From contig JAWXAT010000047.1 of assembly GCA_034439615.1 (NCBI GenBank), positions 133,984 through 197,983 on the forward strand: a stretch of 64,000 nt of DNA. Reading direction: 5' to 3'. The position numbers and the translations under genes are program-made. Positions 8,280 to 15,626 of this stretch are shown here, piece by piece. The stretch is from Oligoflexia bacterium (GTDB lineage Bacteria; Bdellovibrionota; Bdellovibrionia; JABDDW01). How positions within the stretch are numbered: position 1 is the first letter of the stretch; every line of letters starts with the position of its first letter. The notes below the pieces were generated by a model. That model was given only the letters and a program-made list of their open reading frames with translations, did not search any database and was not told where the DNA came from.

Positions 8280-8559
8280 GATTAGTGAAGTTAATGAGGG
8301 AAAGAAGTAAGAGACCTCATGAAGTAGTACAAAGGCAGTAAAGAAGTTCGAAGGCAGTATTCAAGAAGAAGTTGTCGAAGAGCAGTTGCAAGTAGTACGA
8401 AACAAAGTCTCAAAACCGAAGTACTCATGACTTCTAGGAAAGCAATGTTTTTGTTTAACAAGCTTGACTGGATGTCAGATTTCATTTGCTAGACCCGGGT
8501 GGGCTGGGTCAGCAATGAAAGTGTTATGGATGACGTTAGCCTTTTAGGGGGGTAATACC

Positions 8560-9393
8560 ATGGGCTTACGCATATCAACTAATATCGCCTCAATCAACGC
8601 GCAACGTACACTTGGCAACACACAGAGGGAAGTTCAAAATTCTTCTGCGCAGTTAGCTTCAGGTAACAGAATAAATAAATCAGGTGATGATGCTGCAGGT
8701 TTGGCAATCAGTGAAACACTGAAAGCTCAAGTTCGCGGTTTCCGTCAAGCGTCACGTAACGCCAGCGATGGTATTTCACTGGTACAAACATCAGAAGGTG
8801 GTCTCAATGAGATCAGTAACATCATTGTTCGTTTGCGCGAACTCGGTGTTCAAGCTTCTTCTGATACAGTGGGTGATCGTGAGCGCGGCATGATCGATGT
8901 CGAAGTTCAACAACTCAAAGCAGAATCACAACGTATTGCTTTAACAACTAAGTTTGGCACAAAAGCACTCTTAGATGGAACAGGTGAAACGCTTGATTTC
9001 CAAGTTGGTGTTAACAACAATGGTTTTCAAGATCGCATCTCTTTTAATGCAGGTGCTGCAAACGCAACTATTGATGCATTAGAGATCGCAGATATTGATT
9101 ATAAAACAAAAGAAGGCGCACAAGGCTCATTAGCTCAACTTGATGAAGCCTCAATTCGAGTAAACAAAACACGCGCCGATCTTGGAGCTCTACAAAATCG
9201 TTTACAATCAACGATTCAGAATTTAGGAATCCAAGATGAAAATCTCTCAGCAGCCAACAGCCGTATCCGTGACACTGACGTTGCAAATGCAACTGCAGAA
9301 ATGACACGTAATAATGTGCTCTTGAATGCAAACGTCTCAACATTAGCGCAAGCCAACCAAGTTGGTGGATTAGCACTAAAGCTCATCGGGTGA
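8560..9393 (+). CDS. fliC: flagellin (paralog 1)
   Basis: 277 aa. It has the conserved flagellin N-terminus (MGLRISTNIASINAQR...SGNRINKSGDDAAGLAISE) and C-terminus (LQNRLQSTIQNL...AEMTRNNVL...LAQANQV). AGGGGGG SD. Confidence 0.95.
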   Translation: MGLRISTNIASINAQRTLGNTQREVQNSSAQLASGNRINKSGDDAAGLAISETLKAQVRGFRQASRNASDGISLVQTSEGGLNEISNIIVRLRELGVQASSDTVGDRERGMIDVEVQQLKAESQRIALTTKFGTKALLDGTGETLDFQVGVNNNGFQDRISFNAGAANATIDALEIADIDYKTKEGAQGSLAQLDEASIRVNKTRADLGALQNRLQSTIQNLGIQDENLSAANSRIRDTDVANATAEMTRNNVLLNANVSTLAQANQVGGLALKLIG

Positions 9394-9468
9394 TAAAGCG
9401 AATTCACTGATCGAATCGCGGGGGTCTGGCGCCCTAATAAAAAACGCTAGACCTCTAGCCCACCTTCG

Positions 9469-9507
9469 GGTGGAGTTCAGGTAAAACCCGAGCTCCACCT
9501 GTTTTTT
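9469..9507 (+). terminator. Rho-independent terminator after flagellin 1
   Basis: A 13-bp stem pairs GGTGGAGTTCAGG with CCCGAGCTCCACC (one G-U pair, one mismatch), with loop TAAAA, followed by TGTTTTTT. Its 5' arm is shared with a small CCACC-TTCG-GGTGG hairpin at 9460-9473. Confidence 0.7.
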
Positions 9508-9700
9508 GAGCTAACCGATTTGAATGTGACTTGTAATGTCGCGCAGAATTTTTGAGTTTTAGGTGCTTTTTTTTGAGTTTAAAAATTTATGTGGATTTTA
9601 AGTTTTTATAAAAATCGACTCTAGTCCAGTTAACTAATTCTCTGGAGTATCCGAGTTAATTAACAGGAGATTCTCGCCAAATGATTGGCGGGTTCGAGCG

Positions 9701-10066
9701 ATGAATATAAAAGGAATTGTAGGAAATCTAATTCCCATCGATATTCTGAAGACTGATCGTCGAAAAACTCAGAATACATCCGATAGGGATCCGCAACAAG
9801 GCGGTGGTGGTGATGCTCAGCCAGAGCAACATCGATTTACCGATTCTGAATTGCAAGATGCCCTTAAACTTCTAAAAGATCTTCCAGGTATAAAAGAAAA
9901 TCATCTGCAGTTTAGAGTTGAGCGAAATGATAAACGAGTTGTCGTGTTTGTCGAAGATTCCACAGGAAAAGTAATTCGCCGTATTCCCGATACTGAGCTT
10001 TGGTATATGTTGAAAAACCGCCAGCATGACCAATCGCGCGGAAATTTATTGAATAAGGCGTTGTAA
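9701..10066 (+). CDS. flaG: flagellar protein FlaG
   Basis: 121 aa. LQFRVERNDKRVVVFVEDSTGKVIRRIPDTEL is the FlaG-family core. The gene lies downstream of a flagellin. Confidence 0.85.
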   Translation: MNIKGIVGNLIPIDILKTDRRKTQNTSDRDPQQGGGGDAQPEQHRFTDSELQDALKLLKDLPGIKENHLQFRVERNDKRVVVFVEDSTGKVIRRIPDTELWYMLKNRQHDQSRGNLLNKAL

Positions 10067-10144
10067 GTAATATAAATCTATCACCTATTTTTTTGGTTGC
10101 ACCGGCTATCTAGATTTCAGATTGCACCAATTAGAAATGCGTAA

Positions 10145-10184
10145 AAATAAAAAAAACCCTGGGACTGTGGGGGTCGCCAGGGTT
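10145..10184 (-). terminator. strong Rho-independent terminator for minus-strand transcripts
   Basis: The stem pairs AACCCTGG with CCAGGGTT and has an inner GAC/GTC pairing. On the minus strand it is followed by a run of at least 10 T (plus-strand A-run 10145-10156). It lies about 310 nt beyond the flagellin-2 stop. Confidence 0.7.
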
Positions 10185-10497
10185 CGGGCTCAAGAGCATA
10201 CTGTGGGCGTCTACTCTCAATAGTTTAAACCCTTATAGGGATTTGTCTCGAGACTTCATTGCTCAAACTCAGCTTTCCATGCATTCATAACTTTTATATC
10301 TTCGTATCACTCATTGTATTCGCAACTTTATTCTTCACACCACTCACCGCTTTACATCTTCGCAACATACTTCACATTCGCAAACTTTTTCCAAACCAGT
10401 GCCTTCGAGCTACATACATCTGTAATTAGCACCAGAGAAAACTTCGGTTCACGCGGGATCATTTTGATCCCGCGATTACCGTTTTAATTTCTGCAAA

Positions 10498-11325
10498 TCA
10501 ACCGATCAATTTTAGAGCTTGGGCAGGTACTTGGTTTGCTTGAGCAAGAACACTCACGGCACCAGCCTGAAGCACTTGAGATTGAGCAATCTCTGCGGTT
10601 TCTTTTGCAATGTCAGCATCACGCAAACGTGAGTTACCAGCAGCCAAATTTTCTGTTTGGATGTCGAGGTTACTTACAGTTGCTTGTAAACGATTCTGAA
10701 CTGCTCCGAAATCTGCGCGGAGTTTACCAACCTTAATGAGAGCATCGTCAACTTTTTGTAAAGTTTCACGAGCTTCATCTTTTTCACCAACACTTAGACC
10801 CCCGTAACCGAGTGTTTCAGCGCGAGCATCAGCATTCATATTATATTTAATTACGTTATCTGGACCAGCAAACGCACCTACTTGATATTCCAACTCTTCA
10901 CCTGAACCATCAAGTAATTGCTTTGTACCAAAACGTGTTGTTTTTGCGATACGATCGCCTTCTTGAATTAATTGTTGAGCTTCTGTATTTAAGAAACCTC
11001 TTTCAACATCGCTGATGTTGTCTGAAGCAGCTTGAACGCCCAACTCTCTCAATCGAATCAAAATATTTGATACTTCATTGAGACCGCCTTCACTTACTTG
11101 AATCAGTGAAACTGCGTTGTACGCGTTGTTGCGTGCTTGTTTCATACCGCCGAGTTGTCCTCGGATATTTTCTGAGATCGCTAAACCTGCAGCATCATCA
11201 GCAGCGCGAACAATTCGGCTACCTGAAGATAATGCGGCTAACGCATGTTCGTTACGTGCTGCTTGAACGCCCAACTGTCGTTGTGCATTTAAAGACGCCA
11301 CGTTTGTATTAATTCTTAAGCCCAT
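10498..11325 (-). CDS. fliC: flagellin (paralog 2)
   Basis: The conserved flagellin termini are present. I moved the start to ATG 11325 (MGLRINTNVASLNAQR) with AGGAGG upstream; the track ORF is extended to 11370. Confidence 0.95.
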   Translation of the reverse strand: MGLRINTNVASLNAQRQLGVQAARNEHALAALSSGSRIVRAADDAAGLAISENIRGQLGGMKQARNNAYNAVSLIQVSEGGLNEVSNILIRLRELGVQAASDNISDVERGFLNTEAQQLIQEGDRIAKTTRFGTKQLLDGSGEELEYQVGAFAGPDNVIKYNMNADARAETLGYGGLSVGEKDEARETLQKVDDALIKVGKLRADFGAVQNRLQATVSNLDIQTENLAAGNSRLRDADIAKETAEIAQSQVLQAGAVSVLAQANQVPAQALKLIG

Positions 11326-11514
11326 AAAGCCTCCTACCCATTTTGAGAATAATTCTCTCTTGGGTTCCACATAGCTCGACCTTCATCCAGGTACAAAGTT
11401 GGCGAGCTAATAAATTCCAACTCCTAACCAATGAAAGTTTTTGGAAGCTTTAGAGTCTCTTAGACCGGGACAGGCTCTTGAGAGATTCTAGATCTGCCTC
11501 AACTTTCAATATTC

Positions 11515-11541
11515 TTCTCGGCCTTGGTCCTGGAAACTTGA
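11515..11541 (-). promoter_or_regulatory. sigma28-type promoter of flagellin 2: TCAAGTTT-N11-GCCGAGAA
   Basis: Read on the minus strand. The -35 matches 7 of 8 positions, the spacer is exactly 11 nt, and the -10 matches 6 of 8. Confidence 0.65.
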
Positions 11542-11619
11542 GGGTGCGTTAGGACTTCCGTCTTGTGCGCAGCGCGTCTAGTGTTGGAGACAACTAGACT
11601 TTAACCTAGAAAATTTTAT

Positions 11620-13305
11620 TTACATTTTTATTGTTTGCAGTGTTTTACTCGTCGCGTCAATAGCTGACGAGAGTGCCGTCTCAAAACAGGGGTTCGCCCA
11701 ATTGTCTTGATGAGCAAAGAAAATTCGATTCTCGATAGCTTGATGTGCAAGCTCAAGAAATCCATCTGCGAGTAATCCTTTTTCGGCTAATGGAAGTGCG
11801 TGTCCCCATCGTGTGATACGTAAATCTTCAACATCACTTTGTGAAAGTGAGAGTGCAGAAAGTAAATCTGGCAGTGAACTTTCAAATAGTGCTTTCGTAT
11901 TTGAAAAAGAATCGATGGAGTAAAGTTCTCCCCGCGCACCATCATAGGGACACCCATGATAAAGTGTCAGTACAGATCGTTGCGAGTTATCAGCTGCTGC
12001 CCAACTTGCAAAAATAACATCTGTAAATGCGCGAGACTTTGAATCAACGGCTGGGTCAGTAATAGTTGCAGGAGTTAATCTAAAAAGATCATAAGACGGA
12101 GACTTAAACTTTTTATTAAGTAATACATTCGCAACAAGATAGGCCCGGTACTTTATTTTCTGCATAGCTTCAAGCTGTGTTGCTGGCAAATTTTCTATTA
12201 CACGTTTTGCAACAAATTTAGGCGCAGCAAACACACATGCTTTTGCAGAAATAGTTTTTGTCTCACCGTTTTGCGTATAAGTTACTTCGACTCCTGAAGA
12301 TGTAGTTCGCACATCAAGCACCAGTGAGTTTGCGCGCAATGAATTTTCAGGCAAAGTATTTTTTAATCTTTCATACATTGCTTGTGCGATTGCGGCATTG
12401 CCACCAGGAAATACAGTAATACCCACAAGGTCACTGGCTAAAAAGCCAATCATTTGAGCGGCAGATATTTCATCTACTCCACCGGCAAATGCAGACCACG
12501 CATATTCATTAAAAAACTCAGCGATATGTGGATGAAGATTTTGAAACTTACTCTGCGACCATTGAGCAAAACTTAAGCGATCAAGTTTATCGTATTCAGT
12601 TTTTGAAATGGTTGAGTCTTTGTTCCAAGGAATATCCGGGTAAGTCTTCTCACCAAATTCAATAAGCGTTTTATGAACAGATTTAAACTCTGCAGCCCTC
12701 GCAGGATCAGTTGCGCCACTCCAAAATGGGGAAATTATTTTTTTCGCATTTCCCATAAGTACATGTGCATTACCAGAATCATCATTTCTAAAATCAAGTA
12801 GATTTAAATCTTTGAGTAGTAAAGCGGCCGGAGAATCAACACTAGGTCGGGTGATATACGCAGCACCGATTGAATAAGAGATGTCTTCCCATTTTTCACC
12901 TTTTGAATTACCGCCAAACTGAGAAGCTTGTTCTAATAAAATAGGTTTTTGATCACGTAAATAATAAGCCGACGCTAAACCACTTATTCCACCACCGACA
13001 ATAATAACAGATGTATTCTCAGACGAGGATGGTCGCCCATTTATCTTTTTTAAAAACCCAGTTTTATCCCAGAGAATCGGATGCGCGCGGTGTGGATCAT
13101 CACCTGTGTAATCTTTTAAAGTTGATGTTTCAAATATTTTTGAAATTGGTGACGGATCACCATTTACACTGCCCGTCGCACCGAGACCCGCTAGTGCACT
13201 ATAATATTTTGATTTGAAAAACCATGCACCACCAAGGCCTGCGCCTACGGCTCCAACTAAACCCGCTTTGAGTACACTTCTTCGTGAAATCCATTTTTCT
13301 GACAT
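11620..13305 (-). CDS. Tat-exported FAD-dependent amine-oxidase-like oxidoreductase
   Basis: 561 aa. It has a twin-arginine signal (MSEKWISRRSVLKAGLVGAVGAGLGG), the dinucleotide-binding motif VIIVGGGISGLASAYYL and LEQASQFGGN, typical of flavin amine oxidase/NAD(P)-binding Rossmann enzymes. Confidence 0.8.
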   Translation of the reverse strand: MSEKWISRRSVLKAGLVGAVGAGLGGAWFFKSKYYSALAGLGATGSVNGDPSPISKIFETSTLKDYTGDDPHRAHPILWDKTGFLKKINGRPSSSENTSVIIVGGGISGLASAYYLRDQKPILLEQASQFGGNSKGEKWEDISYSIGAAYITRPSVDSPAALLLKDLNLLDFRNDDSGNAHVLMGNAKKIISPFWSGATDPARAAEFKSVHKTLIEFGEKTYPDIPWNKDSTISKTEYDKLDRLSFAQWSQSKFQNLHPHIAEFFNEYAWSAFAGGVDEISAAQMIGFLASDLVGITVFPGGNAAIAQAMYERLKNTLPENSLRANSLVLDVRTTSSGVEVTYTQNGETKTISAKACVFAAPKFVAKRVIENLPATQLEAMQKIKYRAYLVANVLLNKKFKSPSYDLFRLTPATITDPAVDSKSRAFTDVIFASWAAADNSQRSVLTLYHGCPYDGARGELYSIDSFSNTKALFESSLPDLLSALSLSQSDVEDLRITRWGHALPLAEKGLLADGFLELAHQAIENRIFFAHQDNWANPCFETALSSAIDATSKTLQTIKM

Positions 13306-13310
13306 GAAGT

Positions 13311-13339
13311 CTTATAGGCATAACTTTTTATTGTGACAA
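13311..13339 (-). promoter_or_regulatory. sigma70-like promoter TTGTCA-N17-TATAAG ending 5 nt before the oxidase ATG (leaderless or near-leaderless mRNA)
   Basis: Read on the minus strand. There is no SD between the -10 and ATG 13305. Confidence 0.5.
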
Positions 13340-13349
13340 GAATAAGTAG

Positions 13350-13388
13350 AAAAAAATGAGCCGGAGAGAACGGGCGCTCTCTCCGGCC
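13350..13388 (-). terminator. Rho-independent terminator after flagellin 3
   Basis: A perfect 10-bp stem pairs GCCGGAGAGA with TCTCTCCGGC, with an 8-nt loop, followed on the minus strand by CATTTTTTT. A second 8-bp hairpin lies at 13404-13433. Confidence 0.75.
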
Positions 13389-13450
13389 CTGGGCTTTAAA
13401 TAGGTAGTGCCTGCGGCAGCGACAGCACTACCCTGCGGAGTTCAAATTAA

Positions 13451-14284
13451 TTACAGAACATTCAAGAGCTTGCTTGCGCGAAGCGGAACTTGATTGGCCT
13501 GTGAAAGCACTCCAATTCCAGCATCGGCTAGGATTTGAGATTGGAGCAACTCTCCGGTTTCATAGGCGATGTCTGCGTCAGACAGTCGTGACTTTGAAGC
13601 CGAAAGATTTTCATACTGCGTATCTAAGTTGGAAGTCGTTGCTTGCAGTCTTGATTGAATGGCACCGAAATTAGCTCGTATTGATGAAATATTGACGAGC
13701 GCTTTATCGAGTTTATCTAAATTCTCAGCGGCATCGTCGCGATCTCTAATGGCAAGACCAGAAATATCAAGTTTGCCCGCTGTAGAATCTGCATCTAAAT
13801 TATATTCGATGCGGTTATCTGGTCCAGCAAATGCGCCCACATGAAATGTAAATTGACCACCATTGCCGTCGAGCAATGATTTGTTTCCAAATCTTGTCGT
13901 ACGCGCAATTCGATCAAACTCTTGAGACAGCTGCTGATATTCGTTATCCAAAAAGCCGCGTTCAACATCACTGACGTTATCGCTGGCTGCTTGAATCGAA
14001 AGTTCTCGCAGTCTTATGATTATATTATTTTGTTCATTCAAACCGCCTTCAGCTACCTGAATCAGCGAGACCGCATTATTAGAATTTGATCTTGCTTGTC
14101 TGATAGAAGCGATTTGCCCCCGTAGATTTTCTGAAATAGCCAAGCCTGCAGCATCATCACCAGCTTTTACGATGCGACTTCCGCCAGCAATTGCAGCGAG
14201 TGCATGCTCTTGCCTTGCTTGTGCTTTACCTAAATTCCGATTGGCTTGAATAGCAGCCACGTTTGTATTAATCCGCAAACCCAT
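13451..14284 (-). CDS. fliC: flagellin (paralog 3)
   Basis: 277 aa. It has MGLRINTNVAAIQANR...AGDDAAGLAISE...LQATTSNL...LSQANQV. Confidence 0.95.
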   Translation of the reverse strand: MGLRINTNVAAIQANRNLGKAQARQEHALAAIAGGSRIVKAGDDAAGLAISENLRGQIASIRQARSNSNNAVSLIQVAEGGLNEQNNIIIRLRELSIQAASDNVSDVERGFLDNEYQQLSQEFDRIARTTRFGNKSLLDGNGGQFTFHVGAFAGPDNRIEYNLDADSTAGKLDISGLAIRDRDDAAENLDKLDKALVNISSIRANFGAIQSRLQATTSNLDTQYENLSASKSRLSDADIAYETGELLQSQILADAGIGVLSQANQVPLRASKLLNVL

Positions 14285-14345
14285 AAAATCCCCCGCCTAA
14301 TTACTTATTGAGAGCCTGTCCCGGCCTCAAGTTTCTCTAAATAAC

Positions 14346-14372
14346 TATTCGGCACAACGCGTTAGGACTTTA
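14346..14372 (-). promoter_or_regulatory. sigma28-type promoter of flagellin 3: TAAAGTCC-N11-GCCGAATA
   Basis: Read on the minus strand with an exact 11-nt spacer, about 55 nt upstream of the ATG. Confidence 0.65.
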
Positions 14373-14664
14373 GTGCTGAAGTTGCGACTAATGGAATTCA
14401 TTTGTAGATACAGGTACTTAAATGGCAAATTTTTTAACGCGTAAAGTTAATAGGCGGTTTTATGAGGATATAAGGTCACTTCGGTATCAACCACATCGAA
14501 AATGATCTTGAGAGGATTCCCTCCATGCAGGGCTTTCCGTTCGCCCCTCGTGTGCGAACGTGCCATGAAAGCGATGGTGTTTTATTTTTTTCAAGTTTCT
14601 CAATTTCCATAAACGTATGCCAAATCAAGTTGACAAATTTACCGTTGATTATTAGAACTTCATT

Positions 14665-15507
14665 ATGGCAAAACAATTGGTTTTCAAAAGAACCTTAGGA
14701 TGGGGTGGAAAAAGAAAAGGTTCTGGTAGACCCAATCTTTCAGGAACTGTAGGCCACATAAAACGTGAGGTTATAAAGTCTCAATATCCACTGCATATTA
14801 CATTGAGGATACGAGAGAAAATTCCCACTTTGCGACGTAAAGTGCTTCTTACAGAATTTAAAAAGAGTATTGCAAATGCCAAAGTGCATGGAATTAACGT
14901 CATTCACTTTTCTTTGCAATCAAATCACATTCACCTCTTTGCAGAGAGCAGTAGCAATAAATTTCTCGCACTGGGCATGAGGAGTTTGGCCGGGAGATTT
15001 GCAAAGATTATAAAAAAGAATGCTGCAATTAGTAAGCACGTAAGCGGCAGTGGAAAATCAACTGCAGGATCTACGCTTGCTAGGTCATTGTTTGCTGGTT
15101 CTGTGTTTAAGGGTCGCTATCATCTTCACATATTAAAGACCCCTCAGGAAGTGAGAAATGCCCTTGAATATGTACTCCTAAATATTTCTAAGCACCAAAG
15201 GTTGATTGAATATATCGATCCATATTCATCGGCGCAGACTTTCACCCATTGGAGAAAGCTTTTAGGAAAAAGATATAATTCTCTCATTAAATTTCACTCT
15301 AATTCATTTCAGGGTGATTCAATTGACAATGATTCATTTCGGCGTGATTCTTGTGACCGTGATTCATTTAAAAGTGATCCTTTTGTCCGTGTTTCAGACG
15401 ATAGATCTTCGCCTGACGAAAGAATTATACCCAACGATTTATCTGATGTGTTGAGCTCTCCTCGATCATGGCTTGGAAAAGTTGGCTGGATGAAAGCTTG
15501 TACGTAG
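14665..15507 (+). CDS. REP-associated / IS200-like Y1 (HUH) transposase family protein (RAYT-like) with repeat-containing C-terminal tail
   Basis: 280 aa. It has GWGGKRKGSGRP, the HUH motif SNHIHLFAES and the catalytic-Tyr helix ALEYVLLNISKH. It is a single gene with no tnpB. Confidence 0.75.
   Translation: MAKQLVFKRTLGWGGKRKGSGRPNLSGTVGHIKREVIKSQYPLHITLRIREKIPTLRRKVLLTEFKKSIANAKVHGINVIHFSLQSNHIHLFAESSSNKFLALGMRSLAGRFAKIIKKNAAISKHVSGSGKSTAGSTLARSLFAGSVFKGRYHLHILKTPQEVRNALEYVLLNISKHQRLIEYIDPYSSAQTFTHWRKLLGKRYNSLIKFHSNSFQGDSIDNDSFRRDSCDRDSFKSDPFVRVSDDRSSPDERIIPNDLSDVLSSPRSWLGKVGWMKACT
15301..15390 (+). repeat. three imperfect 30-nt tandem repeats inside the RAYT 3' end (NSFQGDSIDN / DSFRRDSCDR / DSFKSDPFVR)
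   Basis: The units (A/G)ATTCATTT(C/A)nnn GTGAT(T/C)C... sit at 15301, 15331 and 15361. Confidence 0.8.
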
Positions 15508-15626
15508 GAAAGCGGCCATGGGAATCTTTTTACAATTCAATTCTTACGGTACGATACATTTTTTGGCAAGCAAAGTAGCGTGCATCAGCAGATCTCTGAA
15601 TGGTGCATGTAGCGTAATAGTAGGCG

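Noticed and set aside
8291-8485. 64-aa minus-strand ORF in the flagellin-1 leader region.
   Set aside because: It has no SD and an odd composition, and it sits antisense to a probable 5' UTR. I treat it as non-coding.
14476-14676. 66-aa minus-strand ORF upstream of the RAYT gene.
   Set aside because: It overlaps the RAYT start and the GC-rich hairpin island, with no SD or motif. It is probably spurious.
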